Origin: Octopus vulgaris
Lineage: Eukaryota
NCBI GenBank assembly: GCA_951406725.2
Contig: OX597815.1
Location: forward strand, 69,874,001-69,938,000
Length of the DNA: 64,000 bases
Direction of reading: 5' to 3'
Shown: piece after piece, positions 1 to 20,345 of the stretch
How positions within the stretch are numbered: position 1 is the first letter of the stretch
How the letters are laid out: every line of letters begins with the position of its first letter
Notes under the pieces: model-generated
Seen by the model: only the letters and a program-made list of their open reading frames with translations
The model's database searches: none
Told to the model about the DNA's origin: nothing
Program-made: the position numbers and the translations under genes

Positions 1-136
1 ATGCATATACGCACTTAAAAATGTTTTTATATGTGTGCATGTTACTGTCTTAATGTATTTATGTGGAAATGCTTATGTATGGATGTAAGTATGTATGAAT
101 ATATATAGATATATATTTAAACGTATATATTTAAAC

Positions 137-4360
<4,224 letters not shown>

Positions 4361-4394
4361 ATACAATGCGGTGACATAATATTCACCTGTTATA

Positions 4395-4605
4395 TTTTAA
4401 CCCCAAGTCAGATCTAACTGAGCAGACATACGGTCCAGGGCGTTCCAAACGTGATCATCCCCGTCTTTTTCTATATACACAATACTATCTAATGTGACTT
4501 TTCTTGTCTTAATGTACCTTATTCAATACAATACATGCTAGGGTTTTTTGGTGCTATTTCTAGCATATGGGGTGACCATTTATAGGCTTCCTTGTTGGCT
4601 CATAG
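4395..4605 (-). repeat. Reverse-strand copy of the ~200-bp CAA-tailed repeat family
   Basis: The reverse complement contains TGCTAGAAATAGCACC...GGATGATCACG...TCTGCTCAGTTAGATCTGACTTGGGGTTAAAAT, matching the units at 5.3-10.1 kb. Confidence 0.75.
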
Positions 4606-4744
4606 ACTCTAATCGAGATACACGCGTGCATATATACACATATACGTAACATACACATTCACATTCATATGTACACATACATTTAAACACAGGTACACAT
4701 ACGTATGTATGTGCATATACACATACACACACACACACACACAC

Positions 4745-4807
<63 letters not shown>

Positions 4808-4847
4808 CGTACATACATATGTGTGTGTGTTCGTGTATGCGCGCGCG

Positions 4848-4881
<34 letters not shown>

Positions 4882-5909
4882 GTTACACCCACACGCATAC
4901 ATACGTATGTACATATGTATGAGCATATACATGTGTTTGTGTGTATACTCATGTGTGTATGTGTACACTGATATATATCCCCACACGCACATACACACAC
5001 ATATACGTACGCGCACGCACGCACACACACACACACACACATACATACACGCTGTGCTACATACACACCAACATATATTTGAAAATACATTTTGTGTATG
5101 TGTGCGTGTTTTACAACTACATCCACATATTGTGCCAAACCAGATCAGTAAATACAATGACACGTTAACACAACAAACCGCGAACACCACCACAGCCACG
5201 ACTACCACCACCACTACCACCACAACCATCATCACCACTACTCGCATTACCAGAGTGAAGCGCCCTTTGTCATTAGAAATAGCAGCCAAATTTCCTCAAA
5301 TCGTACATCGTATCATTTTATAAACGTTTGTAAACACCACCGGATAATAATTATTATTATTATTACTACTTTGTACAGTCACACTATCTGAATATATGAC
5401 GGGTTCATTGTGAATAGGATGTCTTTTGTGATAGATATACAGGACTAGAGCTGATCTAGGGGCGAAACAATAACAACTAACAATAGCAACAACACCAGTA
5501 AAAAAAAGACATCAAAATCAGAACACTATAACCACAGCTACCAACACCCGGCCACCAGGTGGTATTTCGACATACTAGAAATAGTAGCCAAATCAACCTT
5601 TAAATCAAACCCTAATGTCTTTTTTTTTTTCAACAAAAGAAAAAGAAAAAAAAAGGAATAAAGGTTATGTTGGAAAGTGTAATCCTAAATGCATAACGTC
5701 TAAAAAAAATAAGATGGATAGCCACGGGAAGAACGCCGTTCGTTTCCAGCTGACCTGGGCTAAACAACAAAAGCAACAACATAAACGGTGCGATCACTGT
5801 TGTGTTGGTTGATCTAGGTGTGTATGTGTGCGTGTGAATGTGTGCATGCATGTGAATTCGCGTACGCGCAATGTGTAAACAACAACAGCAATAACAACAA
5901 CAACAACAA

Positions 5910-6075
5910 CGGTAGATTGGCAGAGTCGTTAGAGCATAGGACAAAATGCTCGCAGTATTTCAGTTCACGGACCTTTGCGTTCAAGTTCAACTGCCGTTAC
6001 CATCAACTTTACCTTTCTTTCTTCCGATGGGGTGGGTCGATGAAATAAAATAGCAGTGAAGTACAGGAGCCAATA
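5910..6075 (+). mobile_element. Degenerate tRNA-derived SINE (family B, GGCAGAATCGTTAG head)
   Basis: TTGGCAGAGTCGTTAGAGCA...AAAATGCTCGCAGTATTTC...GGTCGATGAAATAAA. Same family as the reverse copies at 55.5, 60.1 and 61.0 kb. Confidence 0.65.
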
Positions 6076-6111
6076 CATAAATGTTTATATTAATGTATGC
6101 GGTGTGTGCGT

Positions 6112-6183
<72 letters not shown>

Positions 6184-7286
6184 GTATGTATATATATATA
6201 TATATATAGATAGATAGATATATATATATATATATGCATGTATGTATGTATGTATGTATGAATGTATGTATGTATATATCATACATATATATGCATGTAT
6301 GTATGTATGTATGAATGTATGTATGTATATATCATACATATATACTTATGTGTACATATGTATGTGTGGGTATGTATGTATGTATGTATGTATGTATGTA
6401 TGTATATTGCATCCTAAGCAGGAATGTTATTAAAATAAGATCATAGGAGCGGTATAAGTCAACCCCACAGTGGAATATATATAGACAATGTGCCTGGACT
6501 GCTGCCACGTTCATCTGTTATGATCAACCACCGCATGGTGGCGTAGTGTTTTTGTTGGTCCTCGACAGAAGTAAGAGGTAATTCGGCGTTATCTGAGGCA
6601 ACAGATTTGCGGTTCGCGCCCTCTTGTTCCTCTGACTAGTTCTGTGCTGCTTAATAATCACCATCACCACTACCAACAACAGCAGAAGGTGCCTCGATTG
6701 ATGGAATGGATTGTGTTCGAAATGCTAAAAAATTACACACCGGATCTCCTTCGCATACGTTCATATGAAAAATAATAATAAAGGAAGAAAACAAACAAGG
6801 GACAACATTGGATAATGTACTCTAGGGTACACTATACTTCGAAAACGAAAGATGAGATGATCACAGAGGGAGCGTTTTTGATCATAGGTTTGCTCAATGT
6901 TCACCTGGGGTTGAACAACTAGAACAACATTAATAACGGAAATAGCAATGGATAAAATACTTCAGGGTACACTATGCTAATTTAAAAGAAAAAACGAAAC
7001 ACGCAGTGGCCACGGATGGGATGTCTTTGATCATAGTTCTGCTCTATTAATGTTGCTTAGGATTAAGCAGTAACAATAACAAGCCAGTCACTCGACTATC
7101 AAAAATTAGCAGCCAAATCTCCCTCAGTAACTCCGTACTATTGTAACTTAGTTGAAGGGCATGTTGGAGAATAAATATAAAGATATAAAGGCTGTGAAAA
7201 CAAAAACAAAAAAAAAGCAGGATCGCCACGGCTGAGATGCCTTTGATGATAGTTTGTGTTTAAATTGTCCCGGGGTTAAACAACTA

Positions 7287-8078
<792 letters not shown>

Positions 8079-9356
8079 TACAACATTTACAAGTCATTTA
8101 GAAGAGTATTATGTTGTCGCACTATATTTTAGAAATAGCAGTCATTTATCCCTCAAATCACAACCTACTGCTTGCAATGAAGGGCACATGTTCGATAGTG
8201 TAGCTCTACGTGGTCTGAAATAAATGGAATGGTCTCAATAGAGTTGCCATTGATCACAGGTTTGCTTAATGAGAACTGTCCTGGGACTAAACAATAACCC
8301 CCTGTTCTTCCGCTCCCAACTAACGCAAACGACAGGGAAAGCCAACATGGTCGATTGGTCTGCTAGAAATGGCAGCTAAATCTCCAGTATGTCATACATT
8401 ACATTGTTTAAAAAAAGATACTGAAGGCAGAGTGGTCTGAGTTTACATTCTGTCTGAATGTAAGACAGGATGGTCATGCTAAAAGGGTCACTGACCATAG
8501 GTTGGTTTAATCAGAGTTGTCCTGGGGCTAAACAATAACAATTACAACAACTATACCAGCGACATCAAAAGTGAGCCAGGGAGCATTTCCACGGTTGTCC
8601 GCTTAGTGCTAGATATAACAGCTTAATTCCTTCAAATCACACCACACTGTCTTAAAATATGAAGTCTAAACTAATGTTGGAAAGCTTTGATCATGGACTT
8701 GCTCAAGTAGGACTGGTCTAGTGTTAAACAGCAACAACAACACTATCAACACTGCTGAAGATAACCCCCAAATCTCCCTCATATCACGCTACTTTCTCAT
8801 GGAAAATATAAACAAAGTCCAGCATACATAATACCTAGAAATCGGAAACAAAAGATAAAGTGGTCGAGGATGGAATGCCTTTGATCATATTATTATTTAG
8901 AGTTGCCTAGGGCTACTAGTGGACTTCGGTATGATCGTTCGACTGTCTAGAAATAGCAGTCAAAACACCCACAAATTTCACGCCCTAATCGTCTCCACGA
9001 AGTAAACGAAGGATTCTTTTCACAATGTAGTCAGATAAAAAAAGAAAAGAAAAAAAGACGGATAAGTCACGGTAGGGACGTCTTTGCTTATAAGTTTGTT
9101 CAATCAGTGCTGACCTGGGGTTAAACAGCAACAGCATTATCATTACAATGTCTAACACCAACTCGCCGTCGCCACCACCATTACTATCACTAACAACAAC
9201 ACCTTACCAACGCCATCAACACCTAGTACCTCCACTCACATCACCGGCGCCTATAAGAACTACTACAAACACCACGACCACCCATGCCAACAGCATCACT
9301 TATGCAAACCGACGTGGGTGCCACTCTCTCTCTTTCTCTATCTCTCTATCTATCTC

Positions 9357-9411
<55 letters not shown>

Positions 9412-9496
9412 GAGTATATGTGTATGTATGTGCATAAATACACACACACACACACATAGACGAACACACACGCACATACGTAGGTATATATATATA

Positions 9497-9533
<37 letters not shown>

Positions 9534-9558
9534 ATGTACTCAACAACATTAATTTGTT

Positions 9559-9603
<45 letters not shown>

Positions 9604-9679
9604 CATATATACATATACATGTATATATTCATATATATATATTACCGAGTATATGAACATACATACATACATACATACA

Positions 9680-9763
<84 letters not shown>

Positions 9764-9806
9764 CAATGATAAATCTCTGAGCGAGGTAAGTGGCAAATAT
9801 ACTACG

Positions 9807-9838
<32 letters not shown>

Positions 9839-10392
9839 AACACGCTGAAGTGTATTGCACTTTAATGTTACGTATGAATTATATATGTTACATATGAAGT
9901 AAATATGTTACGTATGAAGTATGTATAAGACATACAAATATACCCTCAAGTCACATTAAAAAGGAAAAACAGTGTGTGAGGAAGGGCAAATTGTATAACA
10001 TAATTTGAGATACATTATAGTTAGAAAAAATAAGGGGTGATGGTCATGGCTGGATTGTGTCTGATCATAAATCTGCTCAATAAGGTCAAACCTAGGGCTA
10101 AAATGGCAACAGCAGCAGTAATGTCACCACAGTCAATACTAAAAATACCATAACCCTGGGCCATTCTTTTCACCCTCCTCCTCTTCCTCCTCCTCCTCCT
10201 CATCATCATCATTATCTTCATCAACATCACCATCGTTTCCACCACCACCATCAACAACAGCAACCACACCCCCATCATGGAGAACACCACAGCCGCAATG
10301 TCCACATTCAGTCACATCGCCACCGTCACCGCCACCACTATCACCACCACCTCCACCTCTACCACTACATAACTCAAAAACAGAAAACCGTT

Positions 10393-10459
<67 letters not shown>

Positions 10460-10530
10460 TACATGCATATGAATAGAGTTTAAGTACATTCACAACTATG
10501 AGTACGTGTGTGTTTGTATGTATGTGAATA

Positions 10531-10574
<44 letters not shown>

Positions 10575-10597
10575 TATATGTATACATACATGCACAC

Positions 10598-10638
<41 letters not shown>

Positions 10639-10639
10639 C

Positions 10640-10680
<41 letters not shown>

Positions 10681-10966
10681 TGTGTAGTATGTGTAATATG
10701 TAGTTCAGTGCAAATACACTCACGTACAAATATGTGTGCGTGTGTTCGTGTGTGTGTGTGCGTGTATGTGTGTCTGTATGTGCGTGCAAGTGTGTGCGCG
10801 CGCGCGTATATTGGCACAGTTGATAGAAATAGATAGATAGGTACCTAGACAGATAGATAGACAGATAGACAGACAGGCAGACTGACAACCAGACAGACGC
10901 ACGGAGGGACGGACAGACAGTCCGTCTGATAGGCAGACGGACAGGCAGGCAAACAGATTGACTGAC

Positions 10967-11056
<90 letters not shown>

Positions 11057-11693
11057 GGGGAGGAAGGGGTGGAGTAAGGGAGGTAGAGAGGGAGATCTAA
11101 ATATTTTACGTTTATAGTAAATACGCAATCACTTCCAATCACAAATACATTATTAAAAATTCACAAACATAACAACACACATCCACACATGTGAAGGGAA
11201 CTCACATACGTACAATATACAAAAGCATAGAGAGAGGAATAGACAGATAGAGAGAGGGAGATACACATAGAGCAGAAAGAAAGAGAGAGAGGGGGAAAGC
11301 CAGCGACAGAAAGGGACGAGTGAGCGGGAAAAAGAGAGAGATGGTGTGAGTATTGAGATACAAAACAAAACACTACGTCTATATCTGTATGCACACAATG
11401 TGCATCTGAATATGTGTTTGTGTGTACAAATATACACCTACTCAAATGCACACACACGTACATTTACGCACGCATATTCACACACATATAGTTATTTATA
11501 CTTGTGTATTTATGTATGTATGTATTTATGTATGCATGTGAATGTGCGCAATGTGATTTATGTAAGTGCAGCTGCAGTTTTATATATATATGTAACATGT
11601 GTGTGTATCTGTATGCATGTGTGTGTATCTATGTTTGTATTTGTCTGCGAATACATGTTTGAGTGTGAATGCAACCCATTACATACATATATA

Positions 11694-11784
<91 letters not shown>

Positions 11785-11984
11785 ATATGTATATATATAT
11801 ATTTGTGTGTGCGTGTGCGTGTATGTGTATATATGTAAACACACACATTTATATATGTATTTATATACACGCACACATGCATTCATATATATATATATAC
11901 ATATATAAACGCATATATATAAGTATATGCATATATACATACATATGTGTATGTATATATGGTTATAAACAGACAACAGCATCT

Positions 11985-12418
11985 CTTACTTCTCCTCTCA
12001 CTTTCTTTCTGTTTCCCCTTCAATGACATTCTCATCCCCCACTCTTTAGATTTTCTTATCCCCCTCCTATTTAACTATATATATATACCTCCGTCTCTCT
12101 CTCTCTCTTTTCTCTCTCTCTCTCTCTCTCTCTTCTGTCCCTCTTTCTACTCTCCAATTCATTCCTCTTCCATGATCCCTCCCCATCGTGAAGCTTTCCC
12201 CTGTCTTTCCCTTCCTTTTCCCTCCAAATCTTACATTTCCTCCCCGCCTTTTCTTCTCTGATTCCTATTTTCACCTTCTCCATTTCTTCCCCAATTTCTC
12301 ACCATCTCTCTTCTCCCCTCTTCCACCGCCGTTATATCTTTCTTCCATTTTTACTTCTTTTCCATTTGTCTTCTCCCAATGCTATCTTTCCTCATCATTC
12401 ACTTCCGCCTATTACCAT

Positions 12419-12479
<61 letters not shown>

Positions 12480-12972
12480 CTTTTGTTTTTTCATTTTGTC
12501 TACTCTTCATCTCCCTTTTTTCTTCTTTATCACACTAACTGCCCCTTTCTCTTTTCATCTCTTTTCACACTATAGTTCTCTTTCTCTATCAGTATATACC
12601 TCCTCTTCATATGCTTCCCTTCTTTTTAGACTATTTTTAGTCTATTATGCCCTAGTCCTTTTCTTTCTATCCCCTAATTTCTCGTTATTTTTCCTCTTTC
12701 TTTCACCCTCGGAATTACTCTCCGTTTCTTTCTCCTCTTAAACTTTCATTTATCTGCTTACTCTTTCTCTCCCCTTATATTCCCTATATTTCTCCTTATC
12801 TCCCCTTATTTCTTCTTATCTCCCTTATCTTTCCTTATCTCCCTTTATTTCTCTCTCATTCTTTTTATATTATTTCCACCAACTTCTCACACCTTTCTCA
12901 TTATCTCCCCTTATTGTATAACTCTTATTTTTCTATCCCTTAAATTCTGCCCCCTCCCCTTCCTTTCACTTT

Positions 12973-13029
<57 letters not shown>

Positions 13030-13030
13030 G

Positions 13031-13081
<51 letters not shown>

Positions 13082-13089
13082 GTCTGTCA

Positions 13090-13142
<53 letters not shown>

Positions 13143-13970
13143 CCCGTCCTCTCTATTTCCTATCTTTCGTCTTTCTCTCCTTTATTCCTTACCATTCATA
13201 ACTCTGGCCCTTCACCGCCACCTCATGACCCTCTCTTCCACATTTCCTCACTTTTCCTTTCCTATTTCTTCGTCTCACATTTCTGTCTCCGTTCTCTCCC
13301 TTCTCTTCTATACTTTTTCATTTCCTTCACTCCTCCTTTTCTTTTCTCCACCCCTCTTTTTCTCTGTATCTCTGTCCATTCCTCTTTATTAAATTTTTAT
13401 TCTCTTTTTCCCTTTCCTTCCACTTATTCTATTCTTTTCCTCCCTTTCTCTCTCCCTCTCTATTTCTTTCCTCTTTCTCACACCTCTTTTTCTTTCCCTT
13501 TTTCACTCCCTTTCTGTTTACTCCCCCTATCTATTTAACTCTCTTTTTTCCCGTTTTCTCATTCTTTCCTTTTAATATTCTTCCTCCCTATTGTCTTATT
13601 CCCCCTCTTTTTCTCCCACCATTACTCTTACTCTCCTTATTTTTTTATACTCCTACTCCTTAATATTCCATTCTCTCCCTTCTCTCTTTTCCTTTCCCTG
13701 CCTTCTCCCTCCCTCTCCTCTTCTTGTATCCGCCTTTTCACTTTGTTTATTCCTTTCATTTCTATGGACACTTTTACTCTTTCTATGTCGTTATTCTTTT
13801 TTCATTCCTTTCTGCTTGTTCCCTTTTTCCGATAGACTCTCACTCCCTTTCTTTCTCTTTCTCGCACTGTCGTGTGTTCACTCTCTCTCTCTCGCTCTTT
13901 TCTCAGCTCATTCCCCCTCTCTCTCCCTATCCCTATCTATTTATCTATCTCTTTCTACCTATCTATCTTA
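11985..13970 (+). repeat. ~2-kb polypyrimidine (CT-rich) low-complexity tract
   Basis: The plus strand is almost G-free and T/C-dominated, with embedded (CT)n and (TATC)n. Confidence 0.9.
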
Positions 13971-13984
13971 TATCCATATATGTG

Positions 13985-14403
13985 TGTGTATGTATGTATG
14001 TATGTATGTATGTATGCATGTATGTATGTATGTATGTATGTATGAATGTATGTATGTATGTATGTATGTTTGTATGTATGTATGTATGTATGTTTGTATG
14101 TATGTATGTATGTATGTTTGTATGTATGTATGTATGTATGTATGTATGTATGTATGTATGTATGTATGTTTGTATGTATGTATGTATGAATGTATGTATG
14201 TATGTATGTATGTATGTATGTATGTTTGTATGTATGTATGTATGTTTGTATGTATGTATGTATGTATGTATGTTTGTATGTATGTATGTATGTATGTATG
14301 TATGTATGTATGTTTGTATGTATGTATGTATGTATGTTCGTATGTATGTATGTATGTATGTATGTATGTATGTATGTATGTATGTATGTATGTATGTATG
14401 TAT
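13985..14403. repeat. Long (TATG)n microsatellite with TTTG/AATG variant units
   Basis: About 420 bp of TATG, directly visible. Confidence 0.97.
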
Positions 14404-14498
14404 TCCCTTTATTTTTCACTGTTTTTGCGCAATCTTTCTTTCTTCAAAACAAAGTTTATAATTCGTTTCAATTGTTACGGCTAGTATGTCTATGTAGA

Positions 14499-14574
<76 letters not shown>

Positions 14575-14987
14575 CGTGCGTGCATGCGCGCTAATTTCGA
14601 AAAGTGGGAATGAATGTTCAACACAGCATTCGTGGCTGAAACTATTGGTAGCCTGGTTAACCCACAAATAAAGTGTGCGTGTGTGCGTGTAAGGATTATA
14701 TGCATGTATGCACTGTATGTATGTGTCGTGCGTATGTATGTATATCGATATGCGCTTCAAATTGTCTGACCATGTCGGAATGTGTTAAGTGATCGACATA
14801 TATACCTATATACATACTCATTCACACACACATACACTCATACATTAATACCTACATGTATATATACTTACACACACAAACATGCATGCATACTTACATA
14901 CTATATACATACACACATATATGGACACATAAACACATGCATGCATGCATACGCACATAGAAACATGTACCATATATCTATGTCTGT

Positions 14988-15024
<37 letters not shown>

Positions 15025-15208
15025 TAGATAGACACAGAGTGAGAAACAAGAAAGCTATATATAAACATTCTAATACATAACGGCATGGATTAATACATGT
15101 ACATACATACATACATACATACATACATACATACATACATACATACATACATACATACACACATGTATAACATACTGACACATGCATAAAGATATTACAT
15201 ACAAGTAC

Positions 15209-15256
<48 letters not shown>

Positions 15257-15689
15257 GGATAGATATAATCATTCACACTTGCATACACTTATACAGATGA
15301 AACACAAACGCATATATGCATATATACACACTTATTCTCTCACACACACACGTATTACGCATAATTTATCTCTGCATCGCCACAAATACAAACTCATTAA
15401 TTTATTTCCCCTCCCCCTCTCAGCTTCTTTCCCTCTTACCACCACCACCACCACCACGTCATAGAACCTCCCCCCTCCCATTTCTCCTCCGCCTTCTCTC
15501 CCTCCCTTCCTCTATTGTCTTCTACCCCATTCATCACTTGTCTCCCCCTCCCACCGCCGCCGCCACCACCAAAACTCCTCAACAGCCCCACCCCACCCCT
15601 TCACCTTTGTATTCTGCCACTTATTCAGGCATGTAATGGATGTTTGAATATGTAAGTTATGTGTGTGGATTTTCTATATGTATATATAG

Positions 15690-15764
<75 letters not shown>

Positions 15765-15891
15765 GGTGTAAGTGTGTGTGGATGCATATAGATAGATGCA
15801 TATACACAGTACATTTATATGTACATATATGTATTTATATATGTATTTATATAAATATGGATATGTATTTATATATATATGCATGTATATG

Positions 15892-15943
<52 letters not shown>

Positions 15944-16051
15944 TACATATGTATATATGTATATATATGTATATATATATATTCACGCATATATACATAC
16001 ACACACATAAACACACACACATACACACACACACAGATATATATATATAGT

Positions 16052-16348
16052 GAAGCCGCGTGGTTACGACATTCAGCCCACGATCGTAAGGTCGTGAGTT
16101 CAATTCCCAGCGACGCGTTGTATCCTTGAGCAAGATGCTTTATTTCACGTTGCTCCAGTCTACTTAGCTGGCAAAACTGAGTAGTACCTTTATTTCAAAG
16201 AGCCAGCCTTGTCACACTCTGTGTCATGCTGAATCTCCTTGAGAACTACATTAAGGATCACACGTGTCTGTGGATTGCTCAGGCACTTGTACGTTAATAT
16301 CATGAGCAAGCTATTCCGTTGATCGTATCAGCTGGGGCCCGCGTCGTC
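16052..16348 (+). mobile_element. tRNA-derived SINE family D
   Basis: Head CACGATCGTAAGGTCGTGAGTTCAATTCCC (B box), body TCCTTGAGCAAGATGCTTTATTTCACGTTGCTCCAGTC shared with the 18.1-kb SINE, and a distinct 3' end GTCGTCGAAACCAACGGAGTG. Reverse fragments near 30.0 and 45.2 kb. Confidence 0.8.
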
Positions 16349-16365
16349 GAAACCAACGGAGTGCT

Positions 16366-16463
<98 letters not shown>

Positions 16464-16485
16464 CATATATATATATATACACACA

Positions 16486-16523
<38 letters not shown>

Positions 16524-16640
16524 TATGTGTGTGTGTTTGTGTATGCATACTCATGTGACAATGGAAAACGGGCGTTAAATAATGATGATGATAATTCACA
16601 CTCATATGTGTATACATATATTACATATATACATGTATGC

Positions 16641-16698
<58 letters not shown>

Positions 16699-17517
16699 GT
16701 GTATATATGTACGTATATGTGTACATAAATATATACATACATATGCATGTGTATAGATAGATACATACATCCATACATACATCCATCCATACATAAATAC
16801 ATACATACATACATACATACATACATACATACATACATACATGCATGCATACGTACGTACATGCATACGTATGGGTGCATGCGTGCATTCTTGCGTAGAT
16901 ACGCAGATATATATATATATCCATGATATTTGTATGTATGTGTGCATGAATGGTGTGCATGTCTGTATGTATGTGTGTGTGTGTAAGTGTTTTTGTTCGT
17001 GAGTGTGCGCATGAATATACGCTATGTGTTTGTGTGTGTGCTATACCTTGTTTGGACTAATATAATCTTCCTTAATATCTCTTTAATAAACATATAACAA
17101 CTCATTAAAATCCCAACTACTGCATATTTTCATTTTCAAATATTTCATTATCGGTTTCAATAATTTTTTCTAAAAAAAAATTCAATTATTTACATCAATT
17201 TTCTAAATTTGATTATTTCTATTACCAAGCTAACCCCTTCTCCCATCTCGCTGTTTCTATCGTTTAATTGGTTTCGTTCAAGTTGATGCCTTAACGACCT
17301 ACAGCACTTGAAGCACAGGACATAGCCCCTAAAGAGATGTTTTTAAACGTTTGAGAACTCTCAACGTTAAATCTAACATGTAATTTTGAACGTATCAATG
17401 TATTTTAAACATTATTTTTATTGTATCTAATTCATACACACTTAGACTATAATAAACATAACACACGTATCTGTGTGTGCATTTATGTATGTTTATACTT
17501 ACATGTATATGTGTATG

Positions 17518-17569
<52 letters not shown>

Positions 17570-17589
17570 GGCAGAGAGAGAGAGGGCAA

Positions 17590-17715
17590 AAACAAAAAAG
17601 AACACATCAAGAGGGGCAAGTTTTAACAAAAGAGTTATTAATATAACGCTCGAACAGAACGAGAAAGTTTCTTTAACGTTTCGGACTCAGTTCTTTGTCT
17701 GAAGAACAAAAAAGA
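17590..17715 (-). mobile_element. Degenerate Penelope-like pLTR fragment with decayed minimal hammerhead motif
   Basis: Reverse complement TTCTT CAGACAA A GAAC TGA GTCC GAAACGTT AAAGAA...TTCGAGCG. Same layout as the 31.2- and 45.5-kb copies, with core positions mutated. Confidence 0.5.
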
Positions 17716-18085
17716 GGAAGTCATCTGTGTACTTAATGTATATCATATGGACGTGCTTTGCTTAAAAACACAATACACAGAGACACACATACACACACAC
17801 AAATACACACACATACACACATATATCGGAAGCAGATGAAAATAGTCCAGCAGCTGGTGAGAATGCTAGATTCACATTTATGCCTAGCTGAGCGTTATCA
17901 GTAGAACGTACTCGCAGCCCGTATCAGACTAAGATGGAAAATTTTTTGCAACGAGCATAAGAAAACTGAATGAACAATCACTGGTGTTGTAAGTAGCTGT
18001 CCGGCTTAATAAAAGTCCGTTATATGCAGGAGCAGTTTTAGGAGATATTTATTAGATTAAAAGAGTTGCTATTTCTGGACAAATA

Positions 18086-18338
18086 ATAAATGTGCCCTTT
18101 TAAAGCCTAGCCAGGCTCATGGGCCAGGTTTCCCGGTTTCTATGGCGTATGTCTTCCCCAGTTGGACGGGACGCCATTCCATTGCAGCGTTACTCATTTT
18201 TGCCAGCTGAGTGGACTAGAGCAACGTGAAATGAAGTGTTTTGCTCAAGAACACAACGCGTCGCCCGGTCCAGGAATCGAAACTGCAACCTTACGATCAT
18301 GGTGCTGACACCCTAACCACTAAGCCACGCGCCTCCAC
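18086..18338 (-). mobile_element. Full-length tRNA-derived SINE (family C) with 13-bp TSD
   Basis: Perfect direct repeat TTCTGGACAAATA at 18073-18085 and 18339-18351. The reverse complement has A box TGGCTTAGTGG, B box GTTTCGATTCC and body ATGGAATGGCGTCCCGTCCA...GAAACCGGGAAA. Confidence 0.93.
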
Positions 18339-19293
18339 TTCTGGACAAATACCGCAATAAAATTTACTTTTTCGCGATGTATTTACATTAAATATGATAT
18401 ATAGAACGTCATCTTAATACGAGCGAGCTGCCGGCACAAACTACAACGGTTCAGACAGCAGATTTAAATGAGGCTCGTAGTGGATCTGTCGGCACAAACT
18501 AAGCTGGTACAGTCCAAAAGTAAGCTCTCAATAGAAGAGTTTGGCGACACAGTAAACCCGTAGATTGACGATTTGTCTATTGGATCTAAAGCTTTGTTGC
18601 TGTCAGTTCTACCAACATTGCCACTATAGATGAGTTACATAACTGAACAAGATTCCTGTATATGGAGTTCTTTAAATTAATATTTACCTCCACTTCTTTT
18701 CATTTTCTGTAGAATTCTTTTCACACACAACTTATAATATACATGAATTTCTCTTTCGCTCTCTCACATTCCCAATCTCTCTCTCTCCATTTTACTCTGT
18801 CATTACTGTTGTCTCCCTCACTCTATCACACTCTACACTCCTGTTATTTTATCACGTCACGTCTCTAATTCCACTCCGCTACCGCAGCAGGTGGTCCATG
18901 TTTTGATATATAAATCTACAATTGTATGCTTTCGCATGTCATTGCTTGCGTGAGTTTACAAATTAGAGTTTGGTTATAATTAGTTATAATTTAAACATAC
19001 TATATATATGTAACATACGCGTATAAAGATATATGCCTTTGTTTATGTCTGTTACTGATATGCACTATTTATATACATACCAACATACATACATACATAC
19101 ATACATACATACATACATACATACATACATACATACATACGTACAAGTCAATGACAACCTACTCTTTGTAAAAATTAACAAACATATAATCCGAGTGATC
19201 CTTCTATTTAATGATAGAAGGTTCTATTTAATGATAAATTGTTTTTATATATAATAACTTCACATAACAGCATATGTCTATATATTATGCAAA

Positions 19294-19334
<41 letters not shown>

Positions 19335-19409
19335 TATATGTATATATGTATATATGTATGTATATTTGTGTATATATATGTGTGTGTGTATGTATGTAGA
19401 AGTATATGC

Positions 19410-19494
<85 letters not shown>

Positions 19495-19616
19495 TTCGGC
19501 GTTACGTCTCATGTCAAGTTGTCTATTGTTTGTGTTTTGGTTTTTGCTGTTTTGTTGGAATTCTTTTAAGTGGGCGTTGATTTTTTCAATTGCTTTTTTT
19601 TTTTTTTGTAACGTTA

Positions 19617-20345
19617 GAGCATGTCCCATATGGGCGCAGGACGACGAGGCGGTCCTGCATGCACTCGTCCAGTGCTCGAGCATTGCTGACTTGTGGGTTT
19701 ACGACGAACACCTACTGTCGCGTGTGGGACGGATCCGGCTGTCAACTGAATCCACCGTGAAGATCGCCTCGCCACCTTCCTTGAACCTAGAAGGGAAGCT
19801 TGTGTTTATATGCCTGGTGACCATGGCGAAAGAGGTTGTATGGTGGACGAGATTGAAGAGGCTGAAGACAAACACTTTTCTCTTTGGCCAATCCCTGATG
19901 AACTTCTTCAAGTTTCACTTGAAAAGGAAAATAAGGGTAGAGAGGGGAGTGTTGTCTTCTAGCCAATTTGCCGAAAGGTGAATGAAAGTGGCGAGAATGG
20001 AACGGGTAAAAAGGCCTGCCCTGAGTATACGCCTATAATTAGGAAAAAAAGAAAGAAAAAAGGCACCTACCCCAGAAGTCAGGGTACCTATGGGTTTTTT
20101 AAAGGGTTTTTTTCCATGAGGAGCCTTCGAACGTCTTCTCCCGATTGAGGATCACTCATTGTTGATCTTTTAATTTTGTTCGTTTTGTTTACACGCAAAA
20201 CCCTCACAACACCCACTCACAGACACACGCAAACAGTCTTTGCTTTTGTCTGGTACTGTCCATAATGTTTTTCTTAATGTAAAACCTTGTGATTAATAAA
20301 GAAATCATCATCCTCATCAACATCATCATCATCGTTATCATCATC
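19617..20345 (+). mobile_element. 5'-truncated L1/Tx1-clade LINE 3' end (ORF2 C-terminus plus 3' UTR)
   Basis: Translation CPIWAQDDEAVLHALVQC..LW...MAKEVVWWTR...F..RW resembles the CCHC (zf-RVT) and C-terminal region of Tx1-like ORF2. Followed by AATAAA (~20296) and an (ATC)n tail. Confidence 0.75.

Noticed and set aside
8115-9135. CRISPR-like or integron-like reading of the periodic array
   Set aside because: Units are ~200 bp, homologous along their length and highly degenerate. The context is eukaryotic, with no cas or integrase gene.
9765-9795. Consensus splice donor GAG|GTAAGT
   Set aside because: Isolated between (TA)n tracts with no acceptor or open frame. A chance occurrence is plausible in 64 kb.
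18290-18338. tRNA-like A/B box sequences at SINE heads (also 40840, 42330, 46265 and 61365-61425)
   Set aside because: No complete cloverleaf, and most continue into shared SINE bodies, so they are not called as tRNA genes.
17830-18670. Complex-sequence island hosting the TSD-flanked SINE, considered as a coding or transposase remnant
   Set aside because: The three plus-strand frames I checked have multiple stops and no recognisable motif, and the ORF track lists nothing here on either strand.
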